NCBI GenBank assembly: GCA_900546635.1
Contig: URDS01000002.1
Location: 337-64,336 of the forward strand
Origin: an uncultured Eubacteriales bacterium
GTDB taxonomy: Bacteria > Bacillota > Clostridia > Oscillospirales > CAG-272
Reading direction: 5' to 3'
Length of the DNA stretch: 64,000 nt
Both the position numbers and the translations under genes were made by a program. Each line of letters starts with the position of its first letter. The stretch's first letter is position 1. This document shows positions 45,793-55,724 of the stretch, in pieces. Below the pieces are notes generated by a model, which saw only the letters and a program-made list of their open reading frames with translations, was not told the DNA's origin and did not search any database.

Positions 45793-48534
45793 TTACGAAG
45801 CCAGCAGACGCAGCGCGCGCTGCACATGTACAAAATCCACTCTGTTCAGACCATAGAAATTCGCCGACTTGCTGACATCGAACCCGTCCAAAACATAGCG
45901 AAGCAGCAAAAGCGCATCCGTCATATCAACCGTATGATCGCCGTTAAAGTCTCCGGTTACCGCATGATTGACCTCGATCCCCTCCGCAACATGCACAAGC
46001 ACCATGCCGGTATTGCGTCCGTTGTCAAATTCAATGCCGGACAGCGTGCCCGCCTTGGCATGGTCGCATAGAGGCGCAGTCCCCCATGCGCCGATATTGG
46101 CGGTGATCGTACCGGTCAGATAATTCATACCGCAAATTCCGGAGTATTCCGCAGACGTAACCGCCGCGCTGCCGCCGATATTCAGCGTCATATTGCCGCT
46201 GTAGACACCGAACGGAGCCTGAGCGGCACAGCGCCGGTTGCCGCCGCTGACATACCGGAATGTTCCGCTCTCAAGCGTGATTGCGCAATCCTCTTCGCAG
46301 GATACCCCCTCCGCCGTATCATACAAACCGGAAGAAGCAGGATTGGTTCGCGCAATATCGGCAAATACATTATGTCCGGCAAAAATATCCCAGGTGCCGA
46401 CCGTTTTTACCGTATCGGTTATCTCAATATTATGGAAACATCCGTAAATCGAAGTAGAGGACGCGGTGGACGCAAGCGTAAGGTTATCGAACTTTACATC
46501 GCAGCCAAGTTTCAGGCTGTCGCCCGAAATGCTGAGTGTTGCGTTTTCCCCCTCGCCGACAAACGTAATTTTGTCCGCGCCGCAAGTCACATAGAAATTA
46601 CCGGAATAGGTGACCTTGCCGACGATATGAATGACCGCTTCGGGCGCGGCCTTTGCCAGCGCGACCGTCAAACTGGACATCGGATTTTTCTCGGTTCCCG
46701 CGCCGTTCAGTTTGCCGCCGGACGAAACATAAATATCGGTCATTTCAAATTTTTCGTCTTCCGTTACGCCGTCAAACAGCGCGTCATACACAACCTGTCC
46801 CATATGCGCATACCCCGATACGCTCGGGTGCAGATATTCAGTCGAAAAAAGCGTACCGTCAAACAGATAGGGGAGCGTCAGCGCATAGAAATCCAAAAAC
46901 GCATATTTACCGGGCTCCGCCGCGTTCAACGCATCCGCAATCCGCTCCTGCAGCGGTCGAATCACCGAAACGGCGCGTATATCCGCGGGCGCATTGCTGG
47001 TTTTACGGTACAGCGCGCTGGTCACATATACGCGCTTTGTATCGGGAAGCCCGCCCATTTCCTCGACAAACGATTTATAATCCGTATAGAATTTTTCAAG
47101 CGCTCCGGTCGTGCCGCCGGCAACAGCGGCATCATTGGTGCCCAGCGCAAACAGAACGATGTCCGCGTCCGTTTCATGCAGCGCCAGAGGATACGCGAGC
47201 ATCTCAGGATAATACCGGGTAGTCGTCGGCAGAATGCCGGAGGCGGAAACGCCGTAATTGGCCACCAAAACCTCCTTGCCCGCCTTCTCACAAATCTGCA
47301 AAAACTGCGCGGGATAAGACTGCGTCAGGCGGTCGGACGGATACCCCTCTGTAATGCTGTCGCCGATAAACGCAACGCGCAGCGGTTCATCATAACTTTG
47401 GGCCGATCCGTTTACAAGATCAAAGCGTTTGATCGTGAGCTTTGACGACGCGGGATATGTAATCGCGGCGCGCGCGTCCGAACCCTCGCGGGCTTTTACC
47501 TGCGTTGCGTCCACTACGGTGCCCGCCGCAAAAGACGCGTCCGCCCCGATTGTAACGTCGAAATTTCCGCGCATGACCTGCGTATAAGCGGCGCAGGTAT
47601 AATACGCGCTGATTTCTTTGCCGTTGAATTTTCCGCCTGTGATTTCAAGCGTAATATCTCCGTCCAACGCATAATATTTTTCGTCGGAGGCCGTGATGGA
47701 AGACGCCTGTGATCCGCCCGCCGGAATGATGCCCGTGCGCCCCTGGATATAGATCGGCGTATGGAACGTGCCGCCCGTGATCGTCAAATGCGCGTCCGAA
47801 GCGAGCAACGACATTCCCGACACGCTGAACGGATCAAAATTCTTATTGTTGGTTTCCGTATTATACGTGCCGATTTTTCCGAAAGTGCCGTCATGAATCG
47901 AAACAGAAACCGGCGCCGCAATAGAACCGATAGGCTGAGTGCCGCTTGAACGCAAACTGCCCGCGGTAAACCGATTGAATACGCCGTTGTATACCGTGAC
48001 AGAATAAGGGAGTTCGGTTATGCAGTCCGCATTGCCCGAAATCTCTCCGCAATGCACCCCTCCGTAAAACGAAAACGCGCCGCCTTTAGAGGTTACCGTA
48101 AAATTTTTCCCGAACACAAGACTGTTAAAGCCCCCGAACATATAGCATTCATAGCTGGCTGTAACCTCAAGCGGCAAATCCAGCGTAATCACATTGTCGT
48201 TTTGGTTTTTCTCAAACTGCAGCCGGTTGGAAAGATTGAGCATACCGCCGTTTTCCGCGGTAATCGTCAGATCTCCGCTTTGTTCGGGGAGCGTCGTTTT
48301 CGTGCCGACGGATAACGGACCGCAAACCACGATATGGCCGCCCTTGCCGCCGAGCGCATTTACCGCAGCCGTCAGACTGCCAAGCGGCTGATCCGCCGTC
48401 GAACCGTTTCCGGTTCCGCCGTTTTTGACATATACGGTTTGCTCGGATTCCGCCGCAAAAGCAAAGCCGCACAGTGCACCCGTCAAAAGAGCAAGTGTAA
48501 AGACCGTTAAAAGCGCCGCAATTTTCTTGTTCAT
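45793..48534 (-). CDS. Secreted 913-aa protein (paralog 2), same architecture as 42578..45328 (SGNH core about 46800-47400; dockerin-like tail)
   Basis: Start set to the ATG at 48534 (GAGAGGAAA RBS). SGNH blocks: ..VAFIGDSITEGY.., ..ALGTNDA.., ..EYLHPSVSGY.. The tail reads ..GDFNGDHTVDMTDALLLLRYVL.. It is colinear with paralog 1, and roughly half the residues are identical by eye. Confidence 0.8.
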   Translation of the reverse strand: MNKKIAALLTVFTLALLTGALCGFAFAAESEQTVYVKNGGTGNGSTADQPLGSLTAAVNALGGKGGHIVVCGPLSVGTKTTLPEQSGDLTITAENGGMLNLSNRLQFEKNQNDNVITLDLPLEVTASYECYMFGGFNSLVFGKNFTVTSKGGAFSFYGGVHCGEISGNADCITELPYSVTVYNGVFNRFTAGSLRSSGTQPIGSIAAPVSVSIHDGTFGKIGTYNTETNNKNFDPFSVSGMSLLASDAHLTITGGTFHTPIYIQGRTGIIPAGGSQASSITASDEKYYALDGDITLEITGGKFNGKEISAYYTCAAYTQVMRGNFDVTIGADASFAAGTVVDATQVKAREGSDARAAITYPASSKLTIKRFDLVNGSAQSYDEPLRVAFIGDSITEGYPSDRLTQSYPAQFLQICEKAGKEVLVANYGVSASGILPTTTRYYPEMLAYPLALHETDADIVLFALGTNDAAVAGGTTGALEKFYTDYKSFVEEMGGLPDTKRVYVTSALYRKTSNAPADIRAVSVIRPLQERIADALNAAEPGKYAFLDFYALTLPYLFDGTLFSTEYLHPSVSGYAHMGQVVYDALFDGVTEDEKFEMTDIYVSSGGKLNGAGTEKNPMSSLTVALAKAAPEAVIHIVGKVTYSGNFYVTCGADKITFVGEGENATLSISGDSLKLGCDVKFDNLTLASTASSTSIYGCFHNIEITDTVKTVGTWDIFAGHNVFADIARTNPASSGLYDTAEGVSCEEDCAITLESGTFRYVSGGNRRCAAQAPFGVYSGNMTLNIGGSAAVTSAEYSGICGMNYLTGTITANIGAWGTAPLCDHAKAGTLSGIEFDNGRNTGMVLVHVAEGIEVNHAVTGDFNGDHTVDMTDALLLLRYVLDGFDVSKSANFYGLNRVDFVHVQRALRLLAS

Positions 48535-48673
48535 TTTGCACATTTCCTCTCATGAAATTTGTATTCATTATTATAAATCCGTCAATTCAGGAATGCAATA
48601 CAAAAAACAGCGGGATTTTTTTATCCGTTTTTATGTTCATTTTCGGATTGCAAAAATTTAACGCCGTAAATTC

Positions 48674-48702
48674 TTGCAAAATTTACCGTATTCCTGTATA
48701 AT
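48674..48702 (+). promoter_or_regulatory. Sigma-A promoter of the coaE operon
   Basis: TTGCAA (48674-48679), a 17-nt spacer, then TATAAT (48697-48702). Confidence 0.55.
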
Positions 48703-48744
48703 AATAAAGTTAGGAAGAAATTCTTTTTAAAGGAGGCGGTGCGC

Positions 48745-49353
48745 TTGAAAATCATCGGCGTCACGGGGCCGAGCGGCAGCGGCAAAGGCACGCTTTGCAA
48801 AGCGCTGGAAAAACTCGGGTACCGTCACATTGACACCGACGCGCTCTATCACCGGTTGCTTGCGAATTGCAAGGAAATGCAAGAAGAGCTTATGCAAAAT
48901 TTCGGAAGCGAGATTTTGCAGGACGGATGCGTCAGCCGCGATATATTGCGCCCGCTGGTACTCGGCCGGGGAAACGAAAAAAATCTTTCGCTTCTCAATA
49001 AAATCACCCACAAATATGTCTGCCGCGCCTGCATCGGTATCATAAACGAGGAAAAGGAGAAAGCTACAAAGGGTGTTGCAATCGACGCGCCGCTGCTCTT
49101 TGAAGCGCGCCTGGACAAAATCTGCGACGCGGTCGTCTGCGTTCTCTGCGACACCGAAAGCAGAGTCGCCCGGATCATGGCGCGTGACGGCATCAGCGAA
49201 ACATCCGCACGCACGCGGATTGCCGCGCAAAAAAGCGCCGAGTTCTACTGCCGGCGCTGCGACGCCGTATTCTGGAACGACGGCGCGCCCGATGCAGCCG
49301 ACGCATTCGCCAAAGACATTGACCGCGCACGCTTTACAGGAGGGACAACATGA
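48745..49353 (+). CDS. coaE: Dephospho-CoA kinase
   Basis: ..IIGVTGPSGSGKGT.. P-loop. The TTG start at 48745 lies 8 nt after AGGAGG (the track's GTG at 48739 is only 2 nt from the SD). Confidence 0.85.
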   Translation: MKIIGVTGPSGSGKGTLCKALEKLGYRHIDTDALYHRLLANCKEMQEELMQNFGSEILQDGCVSRDILRPLVLGRGNEKNLSLLNKITHKYVCRACIGIINEEKEKATKGVAIDAPLLFEARLDKICDAVVCVLCDTESRVARIMARDGISETSARTRIAAQKSAEFYCRRCDAVFWNDGAPDAADAFAKDIDRARFTGGTT

Positions 49354-49928
49354 ACAAAGCGCTCAAATCCGCCCTGATTATCACAGTCATTGCAGTCTTG
49401 TCCCTGCTGATCGGCTTTGCCGTACAGCTTTTTTCCGACAAGCTCGACCGTGCCGGCCATCCGCTCAAATACACCGAGTATGTGGAACGTTACGCAGAGC
49501 AATACAAAGTGCCGCCGGTGATCTGCTACGCCGTCATCAAGACGGAGAGCGGATTCGACAGTTCTGCAAAATCCGCCGCCGGCGCCATCGGACTGATGCA
49601 GCTTATGCCCGAAACTTTCGAGTATCTTTGCAGCCTGTCCGGGGATGAATATGAAACCGGCATGCTCTATGATCCGGAAACCAATATCCGTTTCGGCATC
49701 TATTATCTTTCCCGTCTGTACGACCGATTCGGCGTATGGGACACCGTATTTGCCGCCTATAACTGCGGTCCGACGCGCGTCGATACCTGGATACGGGAGG
49801 GCAAAGTCGACGAGGGCGGCAGACTGACCGAAATTCCGATTGAAGAGACAAAAAATTATGTCCGGCGCGTCAACGCCGCCATAGAAAAATATAAAAATTT
49901 ATATTTTAACGGAGATGTGAACGAATGA
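49350..49928 (+). CDS. Membrane-anchored lytic transglycosylase (SLT/GH23 domain)
   Basis: N-terminal TM helix, ..IKTESGFDSSAKSAAGAIGLMQLMP.. and ..AAYNCGPTRV.. ATGA overlap with coaE. Confidence 0.85.
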   Translation: MNKALKSALIITVIAVLSLLIGFAVQLFSDKLDRAGHPLKYTEYVERYAEQYKVPPVICYAVIKTESGFDSSAKSAAGAIGLMQLMPETFEYLCSLSGDEYETGMLYDPETNIRFGIYYLSRLYDRFGVWDTVFAAYNCGPTRVDTWIREGKVDEGGRLTEIPIEETKNYVRRVNAAIEKYKNLYFNGDVNE

Positions 49929-51286
49929 AAGAACTGCTCTATAAAAAGCAAACCGCTTATGACCGCGCCCCGAAAGCGACAGAGGCCGCTTTTGAATATG
50001 CAAAAAAATACATGCGCTTTCTTGACTGCGCAAAAACCGAACGCGAAGCAACCGCCGAAGCGATCCGCATGGCCGAGGCGAACGGCTTTCGCGCATGGCA
50101 GATCGGCGAGCCGCTCAAAGCAGGCGACAAGCTGTATCTGAACAACCGCGGCAGATCGCTGTATCTGATGCGAATCGGCAGCGAAAGTCCCGCGTGCGGC
50201 GTGCGCATTGTCGCGGCGCATATCGACTCCCCGCGAATCGACTTAAAGCAGCAGCCGCTCTATGAAGCGGACGGTATGGCGTTTTTCAAGACGCATTATT
50301 ACGGCGGTCTGCGCAAATACCAATGGATGACGCTGCCGCTCGCGCTGCACGGCGTCATTGTCCGCGCGGACGGAAACGCCGTCAATGTCTGCATCGGTGA
50401 AGATGAAGACGATCCTGTTTTCTACATCAACGATCTGCTCCCTCACCTTGCGACCGCCCAGGCCAAGGAACCGCTGAATACCGCGTTCAAGGGCGAAAAC
50501 TTAAATATTCTCTGCGGCGCGCTGCCCGCTGGCGACGAGGAGGACAACGCCATTAAGAAAAACGTGCTGCGACTTTTGAATGAAAAATACGGCGTCACCG
50601 AATCAGATTTCGTCAGCGCTGAGCTTTCTCTTGTCCCCGCCGCCAAAGCGCGCGACATCGGCTTTGACCGCGCGCTGATCGGCGCATACGGCCACGACGA
50701 CCGCGTCTGCGCTTTCCCCGCTCTGACCGCGATTTTGGAAAGTCAGGACACCGTACACACGCAGCTGTGCGTACTGGCAGATAAAGAGGAGATCGGCAGC
50801 ATCGGCGTCAGCGGCATGCAGAGCGCGATCTTTACCGATATTCTGACCGAAATTGCCGAAAATCTCGGCGCCAATCCGCGCGTGGTTCGCGGCGCTTCCA
50901 AATGCCTGTCCGCCGACGTGACCGCCGCATTTGACCCAAACTTCGCGGAAGTTTACGAAAAGCGCAACAGCGCGATCCTCTGCTGCGGCGTGGCCATGTC
51001 CAAATACACCGGTTCCCGCGGCAAAAGCGGCACGTCCGACGCCTCCGCCGAATTTGTCGGCGAAATCCGCCGTCTGTTTGATCGTGCGGGCGTCGTCTGG
51101 CAGACGGCCGAACTCGGCAAAGTGGACGAGGGCGGCGGCGGAACGGTCGCCATGTTCATTGCCAACCGCAACATCGACACGCTGGACGTGGGCGTACCGG
51201 TAATTTCCATGCATGCCCCATGCGAAGTCGTTTCCAAGGTCGATGTTTACAACGCCTACCTTGCGTTCTCCGCATTCCTGAACTGA
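49925..51286 (+). CDS. M18-family aminopeptidase
   Basis: 453 aa with ..VAAHIDSPRIDLKQ.., ..HYYGG..KYQW.. and ..GHDDRVC.. ATGA overlap with the upstream gene. Confidence 0.8.
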   Translation: MKELLYKKQTAYDRAPKATEAAFEYAKKYMRFLDCAKTEREATAEAIRMAEANGFRAWQIGEPLKAGDKLYLNNRGRSLYLMRIGSESPACGVRIVAAHIDSPRIDLKQQPLYEADGMAFFKTHYYGGLRKYQWMTLPLALHGVIVRADGNAVNVCIGEDEDDPVFYINDLLPHLATAQAKEPLNTAFKGENLNILCGALPAGDEEDNAIKKNVLRLLNEKYGVTESDFVSAELSLVPAAKARDIGFDRALIGAYGHDDRVCAFPALTAILESQDTVHTQLCVLADKEEIGSIGVSGMQSAIFTDILTEIAENLGANPRVVRGASKCLSADVTAAFDPNFAEVYEKRNSAILCCGVAMSKYTGSRGKSGTSDASAEFVGEIRRLFDRAGVVWQTAELGKVDEGGGGTVAMFIANRNIDTLDVGVPVISMHAPCEVVSKVDVYNAYLAFSAFLN

Positions 51287-51302
51287 TACCGGGGAACTTT
51301 AT

Positions 51303-52385
51303 ATGCGCGATTTAATTGAAAAACTGAAGGAAGCGGAAGCGCGTTTTGAATCTGTCGAAACAGCGCTTTCCGCGCCGGACATATTTGCGCGGCAGGCGGA
51401 ATGCACCGCGCTGATGAAAGAACGGAAAAATCTCCTGCCCGTAATTGAAAAATACCGCGCCTACAAGGACGCGGAACAGGCGCTGTCCGAAGCGCAGGCG
51501 CTGCGCGAGGATCCCGCGGCCGACAGCGAACTGCGCGCGCTTGCCGCCGAAGAATACGAAAAAGAAAGTCAACGATGCGAAAGTCTGCTCGACGAAGTCA
51601 AGCTTTTGCTCCTGCCCCGCGACCCGAACGACGACAAAAACGTGATTGTGGAGATCCGGCAGGGCGCGGGCGGCGAGGAAGCCGCTCTGTTTGCCGCCGT
51701 GCTCTACCGCATGTACACCATGTATGCGGCGGCCGCCGGATTCCGCACCGAACGTCTCGGCGCAAACGAGACCGAGCTTGGCGGATTCAAGGAAATCAGC
51801 TTTATAGTCGAGGGCGAGGGCGCTTATTCCCGCCTGAAATACGAAAGCGGCGTCCATCGCGTGCAGCGCGTTCCCGAAACCGAGGCGCAGGGGCGCATTC
51901 AAACCTCCACCGCAACCGTCGCGGTGCTGCCCGAAGTCGAGGATGTGGAAATCGAGATCAATCCCGCCGATCTCAAGATCGAAACCTGCAAATCAAGCGG
52001 AGCGGGCGGCCAGCACGTCAATAAAACCGAATCGGCCATCCGCATTCTTCACGTTCCCACCGGCATCGTCGTGGAATGTCAGGAGGAGCGCAGCCAGTTC
52101 AAAAACCGAGACAAGGCCATGAAAATGCTGCGTACAAAACTCTACGACATAGAACAGAAAAAGCAAAGCGAAGCCATTGCTTCCGCACGCAAAAGTCAGG
52201 TCGGTACCGGCGACCGCAGCGAACGCATCCGCACCTACAATTATCCGCAGGGACGCGTCACCGATCACCGCATCGGCCTCACGCTCTACGCGCTTGAAAA
52301 CTTTCTCAACGGCAACCTTGACGAAATGATCGACGCGCTCACCATGGCCGAAACCGCCGAAAAGCTCAAGGGGGCGGACGCATGA
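51303..52385 (+). CDS. prfA: Peptide chain release factor 1
   Basis: GGQ motif context ..SGAGGQHVNKTESA.. and the RF1-type ..RVQRVPETE.. tripeptide region. Confidence 0.9.
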   Translation: MRDLIEKLKEAEARFESVETALSAPDIFARQAECTALMKERKNLLPVIEKYRAYKDAEQALSEAQALREDPAADSELRALAAEEYEKESQRCESLLDEVKLLLLPRDPNDDKNVIVEIRQGAGGEEAALFAAVLYRMYTMYAAAAGFRTERLGANETELGGFKEISFIVEGEGAYSRLKYESGVHRVQRVPETEAQGRIQTSTATVAVLPEVEDVEIEINPADLKIETCKSSGAGGQHVNKTESAIRILHVPTGIVVECQEERSQFKNRDKAMKMLRTKLYDIEQKKQSEAIASARKSQVGTGDRSERIRTYNYPQGRVTDHRIGLTLYALENFLNGNLDEMIDALTMAETAEKLKGADA

Positions 52386-53404
52386 AAACCGAATTTGTCC
52401 CGCAGGCCGAACTGACGGACGAGGCGATCGAGCGCGCCGGCGCCGTGCTGCGGGGCGGCGGACTTGTCGTTTTTCCGACCGAGACGGTCTACGGACTCGG
52501 CGCGAACGCACTGGATGCAAACGCCGCGGGGAAAATATACGCCGCCAAAGGGCGTCCCTCGGACAATCCGCTGATCGTACATATTGCAGAGCCGTGCGAA
52601 GCGGAAAAATACGCGGTTGTCTGCGAGGACTATGATAAGCTCGCAGACGCATTTATGCCCGGTCCGCTGACTGTGATTCTGCCGAAAAAAAGCTGCATAC
52701 CGGATACCGTGTCCGGCGGGCTTGACAGCGTCGGCATTCGCTGCCCGGCATGCGGCATCGCACGGCGGCTGATCCGCGCCGCGGGCGTACCGGTTGCGGC
52801 GCCGTCCGCCAATCTCTCCGGCAAGCCCTCCCCAACCACGGCGGCGCATACGCTTGCGGACCTTGACGGAAAGGTCGATATGATTCTGGACGGCGGCGCA
52901 TGCCGCGTGGGGCTGGAATCCACCATTATAAAACTGGAGAACGGGAAAGCCACGCTGCTCCGCCCCGGCGGAATCACGCCGGACATGCTCCGCGCCCTGA
53001 TCCCCTCGCTGACCCTGGCGGACGCCGTGACCAATCAGCTTTCACCGGATGCGCGGCCGCTCTCTCCCGGCATGAAATACAAGCATTACGCCCCCGCGGC
53101 GCCCCTGACGCTCGTCGGCGGTTCCGACACGCGCCGCCGCGCTTATTTTGCAGCGTCGGCCCCGGATACGCTTTTGCTCGTCTTTGACGAAGAAGCCGAT
53201 CTGTTCCCGGATCGAAACCGCATTGCGATCGGCGGACAAAAGGATGTCAAAGCGCAGGCGTCCCGCCTGTTTGCTGCGCTCCGCGAGGCGGACAAACGCG
53301 GCTGCGCGGCGATTCTCGCCCCCCTGCCCGAAAAAGAGGGGCTTTCTCTGGCACTTTATAACCGAATGATCCGCGCGGCGGCTCACCGTATCGTCATGCT
53401 GTAA
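52382..53404 (+). CDS. tsaC: L-threonylcarbamoyladenylate synthase (Sua5/YwlC long form)
   Basis: ..VVFPTETVYGLGANA.., ..KGRPSDNPLIVH.. and ..APSANLSGKPS.. are present, plus a Sua5 C-terminal domain. ATGA overlap with prfA. Confidence 0.9.
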   Translation: MKTEFVPQAELTDEAIERAGAVLRGGGLVVFPTETVYGLGANALDANAAGKIYAAKGRPSDNPLIVHIAEPCEAEKYAVVCEDYDKLADAFMPGPLTVILPKKSCIPDTVSGGLDSVGIRCPACGIARRLIRAAGVPVAAPSANLSGKPSPTTAAHTLADLDGKVDMILDGGACRVGLESTIIKLENGKATLLRPGGITPDMLRALIPSLTLADAVTNQLSPDARPLSPGMKYKHYAPAAPLTLVGGSDTRRRAYFAASAPDTLLLVFDEEADLFPDRNRIAIGGQKDVKAQASRLFAALREADKRGCAAILAPLPEKEGLSLALYNRMIRAAAHRIVML

Positions 53405-53456
53405 TACGGCGGTGCCGCACAGCGCGCAGCGCATTACGATTTAGGAGAAAAGATCA

Positions 53457-55655
53457 ATGGCAAAATCCAAAAAGCAACTCTCGCCGCGGCGAACCTCCGA
53501 ACCCGCCGCGGCGCCGGTTCCGCAGTTGATTACCGACGTCATCGAAACCAACTACATGCCCTATACCATGAGCGTAATCATCTCCCGCGCCATCCCGGAA
53601 ATCGACGGCTTTAAGCCCTCGCACCGCAAACTGCTGTATACCATGTACAAAATGGGGCTTTTGACCGGGCCGCGCACCAAAAGCGCCAACATCGTCGGTC
53701 AGACCATGCGGCTCAACCCGCACGGCGACGCGGCCATCTATGAAACGATGGTGCGTCTGACCCGCGGGAACGAGGCACTGCTGCACCCGTTTGTGGATTC
53801 CAAGGGAAGCTTCGGCAAGCAGTACAGCCGGGACATGGCTTACGCCGCCTCGCGCTATACCGAAGCCAAGCTCGATTCGTTCTGCGCCGAAATTTTCCGC
53901 GGTATCGACAAAAACGCAGTGGACCTGATCCCGAACTACGACAATACAACGACCGAGCCGGTGCTGCTGCCGACCTCGTTTCCCAACATCCTGGTCTCGC
54001 CGAACATGGGCATTGCCGTCGGTATGGCTTCCTCAATTTGTTCTTTCAATCTCGGCGAAGTGTGCGATGCGACCGTCGCGCTGCTCCGCCACCCCGGCAC
54101 AACCACCGACACGCTGCTCGATATTCTCAAAGCGCCCGACTTCCCCGGCGGCGCTTACGTCATTTACAATCGGGAAAACATGCGTAAAATTTACGAAACC
54201 GGACGGGGATCCATTCGTATGCGCGCGCGTTATTCGTATGATAAAGCGGCAAACTGCATCGACATCACGCAAATCCCCTATTCCACCTCGATTGAGGCGA
54301 TCATGGGCAAGATCAGCGACGCGGTCAAAGCCGGAAAAATCAAAGAGATTACCGACATTCGGGACGAAATCGACCTATCCGGCTTCAAGCTGACCATAGA
54401 TTTGCGGCGCGGAACCGACCCGGACAAGCTGATGACCAAGCTCTACAAGCTCACGCCGCTTGAGGATGCTTTCGACTGCAATTTCAACGTACTGATAAAC
54501 GGCGCGCCCCGCACGCTCGGTATTGCCGATATTCTGCGGGAATGGATACACTTCCGCACCGGCTGTGTGCGGCGCGAATTCACGTTCGACCTTGAAAAGA
54601 AGCGGGAAAAGCTGCACCTTTTGCTGGCGCTGGGCAAAATCCTGCTCGATATCGACAAGGCCATCGCGATTGTGCGCGGAACCGAAAAGGAAACCGACGT
54701 TGTGCCGAATCTGATGGAAGCCTTTCAAATCGACCAAATCCAGGCGGAATACATTGCGGAAATCAAGCTCCGCCACCTCAACCGCGAATATATCCTGAAC
54801 CGCATTCAGGAAATCGAGTCGCTCCGTGGGGAAATCGCGCAGCTTGAAGACCTGATAGGAGACGAACTGAAGCTGAAAGCCGAAATCGCGCGTCAGCTTT
54901 CGGAGATCAAAAAGAAATATGCGAAGCCACGCAAAACGCAGCTCATCAGCGACGAAGACATCGAAGTGGCGACCGCGGACGACTTTGTGGAAAACTACAA
55001 TGCACAGGTACTGCTCACCAAAGAGGGCTACTTCAAGAAAATTACGCTGGTCTCTCTGCGCGGCAGCGACGAGCAAAAACTGAAAGAGGGCGACCGCATC
55101 GCCTTTACCGAGGACTGCGAAAATACCTCAGAGGTGCTGTTCATCACCGACCAGCGCCAGATGTACAAGGCGCGAGTACGGGATTTTGACCCCGTCAAGG
55201 CATCGGCGCTGGGGGATTTCCTGCCCGCCAAGCTGAACATGGCCGAGGGCGAACGGCCGATTTTCATGAAAATCATCACGCCCGATCTTGAAAAATACAA
55301 CCTGATTTATATTTTCGAAAACGGAAAGGGCGTTCGCGTCCCGCTCTCCGCTTATCAATTCCGCTCCGCGCGCAAAAAATTCTCGGGCGCATTTTCGGGC
55401 GCGTCGCCGGTTGCAGCCGTCATTTTGGAAGATCAGCCGAAAGATATTCTGCTGGTCAACAGCCAGAATAAGGCGATCACGATCAAAAGCGCGCTGATCC
55501 CGGAAAAAGCCACGCGCACGGCGAACGGCGTCACGCTCTTCTCCATGAAAGGCGGCAATACGGTCGTTTATGCCGACGAAGCCGAAAAATCTGTCTACCC
55601 CGACCCGATGAAATACCGCAAGATCAAAATTCCCGCAACCGGCTCGCCCCTGTAA
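53457..55655 (+). CDS. parC: Type IIA topoisomerase A subunit (ParC/GyrA-like, 732 aa); no GyrA-box seen
   Basis: ..YMPYTMSVIISRAIPEIDGFKPSHRKLLY.. and catalytic Tyr context ..AASRYTEAKL.. I saw no QRRGGKG-type GyrA box in the C-terminal domain. No B subunit is adjacent. Confidence 0.75.
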   Translation: MAKSKKQLSPRRTSEPAAAPVPQLITDVIETNYMPYTMSVIISRAIPEIDGFKPSHRKLLYTMYKMGLLTGPRTKSANIVGQTMRLNPHGDAAIYETMVRLTRGNEALLHPFVDSKGSFGKQYSRDMAYAASRYTEAKLDSFCAEIFRGIDKNAVDLIPNYDNTTTEPVLLPTSFPNILVSPNMGIAVGMASSICSFNLGEVCDATVALLRHPGTTTDTLLDILKAPDFPGGAYVIYNRENMRKIYETGRGSIRMRARYSYDKAANCIDITQIPYSTSIEAIMGKISDAVKAGKIKEITDIRDEIDLSGFKLTIDLRRGTDPDKLMTKLYKLTPLEDAFDCNFNVLINGAPRTLGIADILREWIHFRTGCVRREFTFDLEKKREKLHLLLALGKILLDIDKAIAIVRGTEKETDVVPNLMEAFQIDQIQAEYIAEIKLRHLNREYILNRIQEIESLRGEIAQLEDLIGDELKLKAEIARQLSEIKKKYAKPRKTQLISDEDIEVATADDFVENYNAQVLLTKEGYFKKITLVSLRGSDEQKLKEGDRIAFTEDCENTSEVLFITDQRQMYKARVRDFDPVKASALGDFLPAKLNMAEGERPIFMKIITPDLEKYNLIYIFENGKGVRVPLSAYQFRSARKKFSGAFSGASPVAAVILEDQPKDILLVNSQNKAITIKSALIPEKATRTANGVTLFSMKGGNTVVYADEAEKSVYPDPMKYRKIKIPATGSPL

Positions 55656-55724
55656 ATTCGGATTTTCCGATACGCGCTCCAAACGGAAAAGACCGAAAAT
55701 ATCCGTATACAGAAAGAGGTTCTT

